From the NCBI RefSeq assembly GCF_031769215.1, contig NW_026782409.1, positions 1 to 64,000 of the forward strand: a stretch of DNA of 64,000 nucleotides. The letters run 5' to 3'. The translations under genes and the position numbers were made by a program. Origin of the DNA: Ylistrum balloti. Taxonomy: Eukaryota. Position 1 is the stretch's first letter, and each line of letters begins with the position of its first letter. Of the stretch, positions 1 to 11,514 are shown piece by piece. The notes under the pieces are model-generated. The model did no database searches, was not told where the DNA came from, and saw only the letters and a program-made list of their open reading frames with translations.

Positions 1-10
1 ACACAAATAA

Positions 11-313
11 AATTGTCAAAGTGTTAATGCGATATATCTAATCACCTGCAAAAAATGTAACATTCAATATGTAGGGCAAACATCAAATACCATCAACACT
101 AGAATCAGAAACCATTTGTATGACATTTACCGCCAAGATATAAACAAGCCAGTCGCGGAACACTTCAACTCCAGCGGCCACAATAGCGATGACGTCACAA
201 TCACCGGAATCACGTCGGGGATCAGTGACATCAACATACGTTTGAGAACCGAAGAAAGCTGGATCTATACCCTGCAAACACAACGTCCGTGGGGCCTCAA
301 CATCGTAACTTAA
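11..313 (+). pseudogene. GIY-YIG endonuclease (C-terminus of a Penelope-like element ORF)
   Basis: Frame 2 reads NCQSVNAIYLITCKKCNIQYVGQT..TRIRNH..KPVAEHFNSSGH..RLRTEESWIYTLQTQRPWGLN*, the GIY-YIG pattern of PLEs. The in-frame stop at 8-10 suggests a frameshift; RT lies upstream of the window. Confidence 0.92.
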
Positions 314-316
314 GAT

Positions 317-860
317 ATGGAGAAGAAAAGGAAGATAGAGAGAACACCAGTATGGAAACCCAGAATACCGTGTATATTATGCGGGAAATCTTATTCATGT
401 ATAGGAAACCTAAGAAGACACGTAAATAACGTACACGGAAACAAATCTACATGGTACAGGTGCAAAATCTGCAAAACGGCCTTTGGCCGTAAGGACAATT
501 ATGATAAACACTTAGCCAAAATGCACCCATACTATAAAATTGAACCTGAAATCTTTGAAGACAAAACCAGAAATGACTCCAGAAAAGCTGCGCAGACCAT
601 TCGAAAGTCTGACTAAGACCCAACTAGCAGCCGCTAAATTCCAGGTAAAACCTGCCTCAGGGATAACTACCGCTGGACCCGCCAGCAAATTCAGACCAGT
701 GATGGAAGAGGCAGTAGAATTGCTTAAAGAAGACCTTTACCTCAGCGACACCACAGATTCAAACAGTTCTATATCAGAAAAAATCAACTACAGGGATCTA
801 GCCTATGTATCAGAATCTAATCATACTATTTGTCTTGATGAAAGACCAGAAGAAATCTAA
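317..860 (+). CDS. Tandem C2H2 zinc-finger ORF (317-616), probably continuing by frameshift into 540-860
   Basis: CILC-x12-HVNNVH and CKIC-x12-HLAKMH. The ATG is 3 nt after the EN stop. Joining to the overlapping ORF is inferred. Confidence 0.75.
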
Positions 861-1053
861 AGGAAGGTGACAGAAATAACAATAACGAACACTGTTAGAA
901 ATCTTTAAATTCATTTATTCAAAAGTTATACTTACTATTCTATATATGAACTGTGCTAAACTTACAGATATGCAAGATAACGGTTAATTGTCCATTACGT
1001 CACAGATAAAAGTTTTCCTCCCTGAAGGTACTTCAGGGATAAAATTTGTATAA

Positions 1054-1104
1054 TATTTGTCCTGAAGAAGCCTCTGCGACAGAGGCGAAACTAGTCGACG
1101 AATA
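1054..1104 (+). ncRNA. Minimal type I hammerhead ribozyme (PLE-associated)
   Basis: Stem I TATTTGTC/GACGAATA; core CTGAAGA plus one extra A; stem II GCCTCTG-CGA-CAGAGGC; GAAA; palindromic stem III ACTAGT; GTC cleavage triplet ending at 1096. Confidence 0.88.
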
Positions 1105-1189
1105 AAGTCAACACTCTTATTGGTAACGCGCGAGTATGTTGTGATTAATACCCTCTTCGTACATACTTCTTAGTTTTTGTTTAATCGCC

Positions 1190-4100
1190 CTGCATACCCT
1201 CTGGTATCCATACTCACAGCGAAGTACCCACCTAATACCCACTTACTCATACCTGACGTTGGCTCCTTCTCTTTGAAGTTACATAAGGATAGTACAACAT
1301 AGAGGGGTAACATATTCATACAATTGGACCTTTCTGCAACCTGACATACAGTGTAACGGTTGTTGCTTATGTTATACAAAAGACCAGCAACAACCGTTCT
1401 GAAGTACAAATGTTGAGTATTAACACAAGTTACAACAATGATAACATGTATGGCCTGAGTATCGAGCTTAACAAGTTACTCCTTCCACGGCCACACCAGG
1501 ACTGACTCTATTTGCTGTGATATTACAGTTTATCCTAAAGTAATTATAATCTAATTCTGATAGGGAAAGTGTCTTCTACTGATCTACAATTAAACCGTTA
1601 ACAGTTAATGTCTCAGTGGTGGAGAGCATGTCCAGCCAATGTTTCACGGCATGATTCTGACACTAAGGTGACCGCAATTAAACTATCTGTCTGACAAGTC
1701 AGCCGGTCACATTAAGATTTAACACAAATTATGTTCTACACTTGAGTGACAAATTTCACTATTAACAGAACCTCAATCCCTTATAGGTTACTTTATTTTG
1801 TTTGTGCAGCTGTTGTGGCAGGCAGAACATTTGCGATGCCCGATGGATTTACACGGATGCTAGTGATCTTGGTATTTGCGGGTGTTTGGGCACAAATTGG
1901 TTCAGTCATGGTTTCTCCCCGGATCATCTAAACTACCATATTACAGTTGGGGAATTACTTCCCATCGTCATTCCTGTTGAAATTTGGAATATATTTCTGC
2001 AGAATACTCGTATACAGTTTTTTTGTGACAATATGTCTGTTGTGCATATTATAAATAAGCATACTCCAAAGTACCCTGTTGTTATGAAACTAATGCGTAG
2101 GTTTATGGTTAGTGTTTTGAAATATAACATCTTATTTCAAGCAGTACATGTGCCAGGGTTACAGAATGTAGTGGCAAATTAGCTTTCTCACTTGCAGATG
2201 CCAGCGTTTTTCCGGGGATCTCCACACATGCGCAAGGAAGGGACATTCATCCTACCACATCTCGTGAACATCTAGAGGACACAGATTTTGCTAAACAGTG
2301 ATTTATCAGCATCTTCAGCTTCCTTCAGGTTTTGTTCAACAACATTTCCGAAAAGAACAAACGGTGCTACCACCCAATTTACAACACCTGTCAATGTTTA
2401 TATCACATCGCTATCGCACCAGGTTGGCCTCTGCAGCGGTCACTACATATGTTACCACCTTAGGTTATATTTTCAAGCTCGACAATTTTGAGGATATTAT
2501 GCAACATTTTGTAATAAAGAAACTATTACAAGGGTATCACAAACTGAAACATTCAGTGGATACCAGACTGCCAATTACGCCAGATGTCCTTTACAAATTG
2601 GTGGATTCACTCAATGCGGTTGCATCCTCCCACTTTCACAGTCTTGTTCAAGTCTATGTTTCTGTTAGCCTTCCATGCTTCTTACGGGTGGCAAAAATTA
2701 CATCTACTGGGACTCCTACTCGTCATACTTTGCAACAGGGACATGTCGAGATAATTCATAGCCAGTAAGTTAAATCATTGAAAATTGTCTTTCTTATTTT
2801 AAACACCACCAAGGTCAGTCGGGTACACATGTGGTACCTGCTAACTTGCAACAGCCACAATATTGTCCAGTATTAGCTATCCAAGATTACTTGCACAATT
2901 AAAAGCATGAAAGGGGAGATCAATCTCTTTTCATTCATGGATGGATCTGCCATCTCTAGAAATATTTTCACTTACGGTAAATTTCCGTGTTTAGTGCGCA
3001 CTTTTTCAAGCTAGAACCGTCGTGTCAAAAAGGGGTGTGCATTATACGCAGGAACATGCCATCCTTGGGGTTATCATTTCAGAGTTCTGCATCCGCTATA
3101 TTTGATTACCTCCCTTCACAAGTTTTATGTAAAAGTCGGTCATATATGATAGTTTGGAGATAAAAAAAAAAAATAAAATAAAATTTGAACTGTTTAATCA
3201 TCGGCCATACACGCTAACATTACGGTTGATCTTTTTTTCTGTTTCCCATCGTTCAAATAGTCACGGTCTTACTATTTGTTGGGGCTATAGTAATGGCTGA
3301 ATTTCTGCCTCATTTTGATGATGTATCTCTGGAATTCAGTTCTGAAGTTTTTGGGCGATTGTCGTTCTGTTCATCAATCGGACAGCCCATCCAACCGATG
3401 CCTAAAGTTGGTGACCCCATGACCTCTCTTGATCTGCATGGCCCGCAGGCAAAGTTCTGTTGTACTGGAAGCGATGACAGCATCTCTGGGTGTTTCGTTG
3501 TCGCACCTATGTCAGTCCTTCTGGTCAGTGGGTGGGACTTAAGATGGTCTTTTTTTTTCTTCTGTGCCTTGATATTTCGCTCTTGAATGTCGAAGTGGCA
3601 ACTGGCGGCACAAAACTCAAGTCTCTTGGTGTAGTCAATGGCGTCCAGTTTTTCTTTCGCTGTAAACGATGTTCGCCGTTTCCCCATGTCGAAGTCGGTG
3701 TAAACACAATAAACACTAAGTACCTTCAGATACCGCAATGGGTTCAGATATGAGGACAAGGTAGGATTGAAACTTTTCAGACAGTTAAAACAACATCGTT
3801 TCCTGAGCAATAGCACACGTTAAGCCCAAGCCGGGTGTCATCAATCTCCTCATACTCAACGTGTTTGTTACCTGTTAAGAACTGTTAATTATCCAATAAG
3901 CCAAGCCTTCCATGCTTGTCAAGTCAGGCACCTGTGTGAATTTGTTTACATAAGGTAATTAAATATGTTAGGGTCATGATGATTGTGGTTTCCTTATTAT
4001 CAATGGATCAAACCACATTTGAAACAGTTAATCAATTATTCTTTCTGTAGAAAATTTTTTTTTTTTTTTAATTTGAATCTGACCCCAAGAAAGTACCTGC

Positions 4101-4296
4101 ACACTATACAGTACCTCAAACTATCTCTCAAGTGGACAGGTCTAAATTTACATATTAAAAATCACATAGTTTTAGAATTGGAGCATCCACCACAGCTGCT
4201 ATACAGGGTATTCCTGAGAGTGACATCCAAACAATGGGTAGATGGAAATCTGGTGCATTTAAAAAGTATATCCGAATCCCTATGGTGTCTCTTTAA
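1190..4296 (+). mobile_element. Decayed Ngaro-like (DIRS order) tyrosine-recombinase retrotransposon, RT deleted, YR interrupted
   Basis: RNase H IYTDAS..ITVGELLPIV..FFCDNMSVV..HVPGLQNVVAN (1802-2182). YR N-part 2298-2972 (DTRLPIT, FLRVAKIT). YR C-part KSHSFRIGASTTAAIQGIPESDIQTMGRWKSGAFKKYIRIP ends at TAA 4296. The left boundary is approximate. Confidence 0.85.
2973..4113 (-). mobile_element. Non-autonomous pogo-like (Tc1/mariner) element inserted in the Ngaro YR gene
   Basis: Starts TA-CGGTAAATTTCCGTGTTTAGTGCGCAC; degenerate right end near 4091-4113. Internal HTH fragment MGKRRTSFTAKEKLDAIDYTKRLEFCAASCHFDIQERNIK (3687 down to about 3470) resembles the Brinker/CENP-B type DNA-binding domain. 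The YR frame resumes on the far side. Confidence 0.7.
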
Positions 4297-4878
4297 GGGT
4301 GTAACACAATGACTTAAACACAGTGTTTACTTGGGTTGACCGAAACGTTTATTTCATCGTATAGTGGTTTTCCATAGTTAGTACTTCGCGTTAATATCCA
4401 TTACAAAAGATAGTTCCTAATCAATATACAGCATCATGTCGTGGCACCAAAACTAAACACCTGTGTAAGGCAGACAAAAACTAAACACCTGCCCGTCCAT
4501 ATCAAAGAGTTCCATACAAATGTTCATGGGTACATAATTTAGTACATAATTTTGAGTGTAGTAAAAGAGGATGTTGTGGAATATGGCTAGCAATTTATTC
4601 CAACATTAATATAATTGCTTGGCTATATGATGGCGTAATTTGATCCCCATCTTTGTACTCCTAGGTATATTTTTTAGGATATCTCTGATTGGATAACATT
4701 AAGTACAGTTGATTAGTGTACTGTTAATGAACAGGAAATTGTAATTGTCATATTTTCTGTCGTCATTTGTTATTTTTAATAAATGAAATATTTCAATTTC
4801 AATCAGTCTGGTGTTGTGTATTTAGAATAAGTATAACCCAGGTTACAAACAAGAGCACATCCTTTGTTCTGTGCAGCG

Positions 4879-5420
4879 CTAAATTCCATATAGAATTTGT
4901 CCTCTTTTCAGCACAAGAAGAAAAAAATCTGCTCTGCATCCTCGGAGCTGGAACAATCGCGTCCGTCGCCCTTGACACAGAAGTCTTGTGAATGATTCTT
5001 TCATTGCCCTCAACTCCAGTAGCATTTCGTCCTTACGCCTCGCTAATGCTTCAGCGCTGAGTTTAAACTCATTTTCAAGGGCATCTCTTTCAGCAGCGGC
5101 TCTTTCTACCATTTTACGGGCGTGATCAATTGTTACAGAACCAAAACCTCTATCCGGCTCTAGGTGACCCCCGGAGGCCATCGGCTCAAGAGTTATCAAT
5201 CCCCTATCCATCAAAGAATCCCAAAAGGTACCTGATGTAACCGAAATGGCTACAAATCTTCGACCGTTAATTCGTTGGCACACTCAGTTCGTTTTCGAAT
5301 ATTGGCATTTACTCTGTTAGGACCTATGCCCTCTATTCTAGTAAAATCATCATACGTCGCCGAATTAATGTTATTAACAAATAAATTTAATAAATTAGTA
5401 TTAATGTAATTAACTACCAT
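4879..5420 (-). pseudogene. Helix-hairpin-helix plus coiled-coil ORF fragment, probable retrotransposon gag N-terminus
   Basis: NINSATYDDFTRIEGIGPNRVNANIRKR is a ComEA-like HhH motif; a frameshift leads to a coiled coil (4879-5283). The gag assignment is inference. Confidence 0.55.
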
Positions 5421-5978
5421 CTCAACGGTATCAAGTATAGAATGGAGCGTAAATACAGGGCGAAGCGTGCAAGCACGGAAAACTATCACAGAGTCGCTAT
5501 TCAAAGGTAGAGATTTGTTAACAAAAGCAATAGCCGCGGGTTATAACAATAGCGACCGGTTGTACACCGAGTCTCTATCAATAAAAACAGGTAAATGAAC
5601 GGATACCAAAAGGAGTGGGGGGGCACGTTTTCAATGCAACTTATCCCCGTCGCCCATGTGTTTCGTAGGTATAACTGAACACGAACTGGCGGTGTAATGC
5701 ACAAACTGTTGGACACCAACTTCGGGGCGAGTTGACATACAAGCAACTGTCAACTCGCCCCCAAGAAGTTAGTCGTTTGCAGAGCATTATAAACAATTAC
5801 CACAGCTCTACTGTATTCAGCCCCTAGTCTTCAAAAGTTGTACAAAAGTACAAGTCTATGACACATCTTACTGAAAACTTAAGAATTGGATACAGTAGTG
5901 CTAAATAACGAATTTCACTGCATAAAACAGCTGTTTCGTCCTTATAGCTCTAGTGTATTCAACTCTAAAATTTAAACA

Positions 5979-6117
5979 GTGGTTAGTTAAAATTTGAAAT
6001 TGTTGGAAATATTAATTCAAAAGATAACAACCTGACCTCCCATAACAATACAGTTGTGAAGTATAAAGATTGTTCCCAACTTTGTTTCATTTAATGCTTT
6101 AAAAATTCATTAACAAC
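5979..6117. mobile_element. About 140-bp MITE, copy 1
   Basis: Homologous to 46479-46624 and 58189-58334; terminal IR TGGTTAGTTAAAATTT...AAAATTTTCACTAACCA. Confidence 0.7.
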
Positions 6118-6619
6118 TCGGAACTCCTCGGGTGTGCTTCACAACACCTCGGATGTAATAGGTGTAAGGATATGTAGTGAATTCAAACATTTTATGAGCC
6201 GGAAAATATACAAGTACTAAACTCTTGAATTGCAGTCTTCCACAATTAGTGGATAAAATGTGAATCACGGTATGAATTGATGCCAATTTACGACGTAAAA
6301 TTAGCTGACCATATTCTGTAATTCGAAGATTTTTACAGTTGGTTTTGTTAAGTTGACAGTTTCAACATGGCGACACCCGCAAATTTTGATATGGATTTAG
6401 AATACGCCAAATTAAGATTAGGGATTACGTTTGATCTGAAAGAAAAGCAAGTGCTTACATTAAGATCTTTGTATGAGGGTAAAGATACCCTGGCAGTATT
6501 GCCGACTGGATAGGGAAAGAGCGTGATTTTCCAGTTACTTCCATTTTTACTGCAAAAAAAGTTGGCTGCGGTATGGCAAGCCGTTTTGACATTTAATCCT
6601 ATTTCCTCTTAAGGGGATA

Positions 6620-6895
6620 GTTTTTTCACTTAAGTGAAATTCTTTTTCACTTAAGTGAAAAACAATTGCACTTAAGGGGAAATGAAACATAATGCAAATT
6701 ATTAATACAACTTAAGGGGGAGAAAATCACTTAAGGGATTCTTTTTTTCACTTAAGTGAAATAAATCATAATGCATAATAATGTTTATTTCCCTTAAGTT
6801 TAAAAGAATTTCACTTAAGTGAAAAAGTGTAATGTGCTGACATAATGCTAAATTACATTCACTCAAGGGATATTTTTTCCACTTAAGGTAAATAA
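6620..6895. repeat. Left subterminal array of the CACTTAAGTG palindrome
   Basis: About 8 copies of CACT(T/C)AAG(TG/GG), mirrored at the right end. Confidence 0.85.
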
Positions 6896-7077
6896 AACAG
6901 TCAGTATGCTATCCACCCCCATTTCAAAATGGGAAGAGCCACTTCCTTGTACCTCGTTTTCATACCGGAAATGTTTTCCACATCAGAATTTCAATCACAA
7001 AATGTTAATGATTTGATGAGCAACTCAAAGCATAGCATCCCGGTGCAAACCCCTCTTTTTATATAAAGGCCTCTCAC

Positions 7078-7520
7078 CTTGACCTTTGCCTTCAGACCAT
7101 ATCAATCAATAGGCACAATCCTCTGATCATCAATGAGATGTGTACCAACTTTAATGAAGATATTAAACGGTTTGGGTTGGCTTCTATTGCATTAACTAGA
7201 TAATCATATATGTAAGCATAGTAACCTTGATCTTTTGACCTTGACATTTGACATGTGACCTTGAATATCAGTAGACACCATCCCCTTTTCACAAAAGGAT
7301 ATGTGTACCAAGTTGGATGAATATATACCAAAAGGTATGGTCGGTCTCTATCATGTTCACAAAGCTTATCTTATATGGACCCAATGTGGCCCCGACCTTT
7401 GACCTTGAACTAATGACCATGAAAATCAAAAGAAACTGTCCTTTCTTCATTTGTGACGTGCACCAAGTTTGATGAAGATAATTACCATAAGGTTTGGTCT
7501 CTATTGTGTTTACAAGACGT
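7078..7520. repeat. Degenerate tandem repeat (about 3 units of 150-170 bp) of the GACCTTGA type
   Basis: Recurrent GACCTTGA / TGTACCAA..TTGATGAA / GGTCTCTAT blocks. Confidence 0.6.
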
Positions 7521-8628
7521 GTGTCATGAGGCATGGATTCATAGAACCTCAGGGGTGTTGCTATATCTCCTTCACAAGGCGTTGTGCAGGGATAATAAAC
7601 AGATACATCATATATTGTACTTTACCTGAATCAAGATCTGATTGTTGCAACACTTGTGGAGAGTTTTCCAGGGATGGTAATGGTGGTACTCGAGGTGGGC
7701 TATCAATGTCAAGTCTAAGAGGGGAATTTGCTTGTGACACTAGTGATGAAGATCCTGATGTCTGAAGATAAATTTGAAATTTGCCTAATAAATTCATAGC
7801 TAATGGGATATTTTTCTGAGTTTGAAAACTTATGTATGTGCTGTACCTCTTAATTATCAACTCTTTCTATTGAAACTATTGTAAGCATCTAAATACCTTT
7901 CTAATGATCAGTTTAGACATGCAAAAATACAGAAGTGTGCACTTATGACATTTAATTGGTTTGTAATTTCCTTGCTTCGGTAGGCAAATTATGTGTTGAA
8001 TTTAACATCTGTTCAAAATTTCACTGTGTTTTGTTAATAAAATAAAAACCTCTTCTGACAAAATCAGGGTAACACAAAAAATTGTAAATCAATGTGTGTA
8101 ATAATTACATTACCATCATAATGGCAGCTGCATTTTCTCTAATTGTTGCTCGTGCCCTTATGCTTGCTGCTCGTCTTCGTCGAAATGAGATCTGTGATGC
8201 GGAATAAACTCACAATTAAAGGCTACCACATCATGAAATAAGTCTTAGTCTTGAATTTTTGAGGCACTAAATATGCTTGTGTTGTAAGTATGATTTTCCA
8301 ATATGCTGTATTGTTTTTTAAGTTTACAAACTGTGTTGTGTATTATATTAATTCTCTTTTCAGATAACTAGCGTAAGTTGTTGGTTGTAAACTTGTCTGA
8401 TATTACTGACACCAATTTGGTGATAATTTATGCTGATTTTTTTTCTTTTCCACTTAAAAAAAGTGAAGGAACCTTAACTTCCTTGAAGGTGTATACTAAA
8501 CTTACAACAGGGGTGTCTGTTTCTTCAAAAGAAGAGTCATGAGCTGTATTATTCTGTAAAAAAAATGTAGAAAGTAAGCAAATGAATGCAATCTTATTAT
8601 GTCAAGCCTGTCAGATTATAAATGCATG

Positions 8629-9092
8629 TTTCAAGGTCACAGCGGTCAAATATGTTAAAATCGTTAAACAATTTCTCCTCAATAACCAAAAGGCCAAGAG
8701 TGCTGATATTGAGCCTGTAGCATGCTGGGATGAAGGGCTACCAAGTTTTTTCCAACTAAATGACCTTGACCTACTTTCAAGGTCACAGGGGTAAAATATG
8801 TTAAAATCTTTAAATGATTTCTTCTCAATAACCAAAATGCCTAGAGTGCTGATATTGGGTCTGTAGCATGCTGGGATGAAGGGCTACCAAGTTTGTTCAA
8901 TATGAATGACCTTGACCTACTTTCAAGGCACTTAGACCCAACATTTATACAAATTTGTAAATCTTCAGTTTACTTGATTCTGATTTCTTCTCAATAACCA
9001 AAATGCCTAGAGTGCTGATATTGGGTCTGTAGCATGCTGGGATCTTAGACCCAACATTTATACAAATTTGTAAATCTTCAGTTTACTTGATT
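8629..9092. repeat. Tandem repeat, about 147-bp unit, with a local secondary duplication
   Basis: TTCAAGGTCACAG...GATGAAGGGCTACCAAG...GACCTTGACCTAC repeated twice; CTTAGACCCAACATTTATACAAATTTG block duplicated near 8930 and 9045. Confidence 0.85.
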
Positions 9093-9214
9093 CTGTCTTG
9101 ATATTGCAAAAAAAAATAAATAAATACCTGTGCGTGGGTAAAATCATTGACGTCAACAACATCTGGCTCGCTGACTAGTTCTGATACAGTTGCTAGTGTG
9201 GATATTGCTGTCGT

Positions 9215-9435
9215 AGTTGTGGGCACAGATGGTGATGGAGCTACAGTCGATGTTGTTGGTACAGATGGTGATGGAGACACAGTCGATGTTGTTGGAACAG
9301 ATGGTGATGGAAACACAGTCGATGTTGTTGGTACAGATGGTGATGGAGACACAGTCGATGTTGTTGGTATAGATGGTGATGGAGACACAGTCGATATTGT
9401 TGGTACAGATGGTGATGGGGCCACAGTCGATGTTG
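9215..9435 (-). repeat. 36-bp coding minisatellite, 6 copies (STVSPSPSVPTT)
   Basis: Plus-strand unit ACAGTCGATGTTGTTGGTACAGATGGTGATGGAGAC. Confidence 0.92.
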
Positions 9436-10999
9436 AGTGGATCGTTGAATGAGGTCTTACCTGAAAATTATAGTCAAACATAATACTTTAGTTTTACCTT
9501 CAACATGTCGACAGAATACAAAACAAAGCGGTTTTTAATGTTATTCATACGTATAAAATATTCTTTATCATAATGCTCTATGAGGTATTTCCTTATGACC
9601 ATGTGACTCTTGTTTGGTTGGGTTTGATGCCAGAATCATTTTAAGGCAGGCGTTCCTGCAGTGCTGCTAAAGAACATGAACCCAACACCACATAACAGTC
9701 CTGTTTCTCAGCTTCCTAAGAAACACAAACTGACCGCCATGATCATCCATATTGCTGACATATCAAATAAAGCATCACTATGGTAATGTTTCATCATTAC
9801 TGCATCAAATTTCTTATCAATCTATATTTAGAGTTGAATGATTTGTAAAAATATAAAGAAATAGAGGAAGATTGTGACACAAGCTGAAATGTGGCCAAAT
9901 GAAGCCTTTCTAACAAATGGTCGAAATATAAACAAATGAATCAAAACTGATGTAAGACACATATGTTTTCCTTCACAAAATACTAAACATAACTTGAAGT
10001 AAGTCAAGAAATAATCAACCAATAAAAGTGAACATTCCAAAATCGGCTACTTTCGCTGTTACATGTAAAGCACTTACCACCACATCTTCAACATTTTCTC
10101 TCAATGCTCTTTCTTCCTCAAGAAGTAGCGGAGTCTCCTACAAACAAAACGAACAAAATTACAGCACATTAATTTAATAAGTTATTATGCATCAAGCAAC
10201 TATCATTGTTTAAAATAGGCATCCATTTTCATGTCTCTGTTTTTGAAAATATGCAAATTTTTCAAGCTTACAATAAGGTTAACTATAAGCCAAGAAAAAT
10301 GTGCATATAATCATAGGACATTTTGAGTATTAATTATCATTTGGTGTCTTATGATATTTATAATATGGCTGTATCACATAGTAAACAGGCCAGTCACAAT
10401 GTCATGATAATCTCGATTAATTAATTTGAAGGAATATTGATCTATAATGTTAACCTGATTTTGGTTGAGATTTCTTTATTTATTCATCTTTTATTTTTAT
10501 TTACTTTTTTTTTGGTTCATACCCTTAATTGTAATGCGGTAGAATACAATAACCTTACATTGATATATTTCCAATTCAATTTTTTTAATGTGAATTAAGT
10601 CTCAAAAAACTACACTTACCATTCTCAAATCTCGATGTGGGATAATATATAACTTTCCCTGCTTCAAAATCGTCTTGATGTCTAGAACACTGTTCCCTTC
10701 AATCTTCCGCAACTTCTTTCCCTGATCACAGCGGGCATATGAAAATCGGGATCTCGCCCTTTCCACAGCCTCAATAGCATTCTGAACGACGTTTGCAGCA
10801 TCCATTTCGGAAATATCTCACCTTGATACATGTCAACAGGTTTTATGGTGGCCGCCATATTGTTAGCACTAACGACGCAATCGACCAGAGAAAGCGAATC
10901 TGATTGGTCAGATAGAAAATACCAAATGATTGGTTAATAAAATGGATTAGTCCAAAACTGTTGAAGAAGGTAGGTGTTCATACATCCCACTGCTTGTTT

Positions 11000-11165
11000 A
11001 AATTCACTTAAGTGAAAACGATTTTAACTTAAGTGAAATAATAAACCTCTTAAGACTTATAAAAATTATTTCACTTAAGTGAAATAGTTTTACACTTAAG
11101 TGAAATAAATCATAATGCGAAAAGATGTTTAATTACCTTAAGACAAAAATAATTTCACTTCTTCA
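11000..11165. repeat. Right subterminal array of the CACTTAAGTG palindrome
   Basis: About 4-5 copies of (C/A)ACTTAAGTGAAA. Confidence 0.85.
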
Positions 11166-11514
11166 TCTTAAGAGGAAATAGGATTAAATGTTAAAACGGC
11201 TTGCCATACTGCGGTCACACCAATGATAGTTTTGATCGTAACCCAACTTAATTCAATTATGCAAGACCAAGTTCAGCATTTGGCCGAGAATGGAATTCCT
11301 TCATGTTTCCTCAATATTGAAGGGGCTGGGGCTGTTCGGTAGGCAATTTTTCATCACTGAATGTGCATGTGAATTTAGCTGTTTGCCAGTTTAATGAACT
11401 TTTTTTTAAAAAAAAAGAATGTCGGGCCTGTTAAAATGCATATTCATGCATTCGATCGTTCTCTTTTCTCTGCTCTCTTTGATATCTCAGAGTCAGACGC
11501 ATAATTTGAAGACA

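Larger units (their letters stand above)
1..1170 (+). mobile_element. 3' end / pseudo-LTR of a Penelope-like retroelement
   Basis: GIY-YIG EN, then a hammerhead ribozyme and AATAAA (1101-1106). The right boundary is approximate. Confidence 0.8.
7605..10805 (-). pseudogene. Spliced ORF remnant of unknown function inside the TIR element
   Basis: ATG 10805 exon ends at GTAAGT (10619); AG/GT-flanked exon at about 10078-10138; Ser/Thr/Pro repeat exon at about 9140-9460; AG/GT-flanked exon at about 7605-7765. The frames do not join cleanly. Confidence 0.5.
6564..11216. mobile_element. 4653-bp TIR DNA element of unassigned superfamily, inserted in RecQ exon 1
   Basis: 50-bp TIRs at 6564-6613 and 11167-11216 (4 mismatches), GGCTGCGGTATGGCAAGCCG...; subterminal CACTTAAG(TG) repeats at both ends; no clear TSD. 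Confidence 0.88.

Noticed and set aside
1170-1409. 79-aa minus-strand ORF
   Set aside because: No motif; lies antisense to the decayed 5' region of the Ngaro-like element.
4320-4760. Possible SGNH-hydrolase ORF of Ngaro downstream of YR
   Set aside because: No convincing motif could be recovered from the decayed sequence.
5770-5960. TAG-starting candidates for the Academ left TIR
   Set aside because: No complementary partner found beyond the transposase, so the ends were left undefined.
9147-9452. ORF with DGDGDT repeats resembling Ca-binding or integrin-like motifs
   Set aside because: It is the antisense reading of the 36-bp minisatellite; splice signals favour the minus strand.
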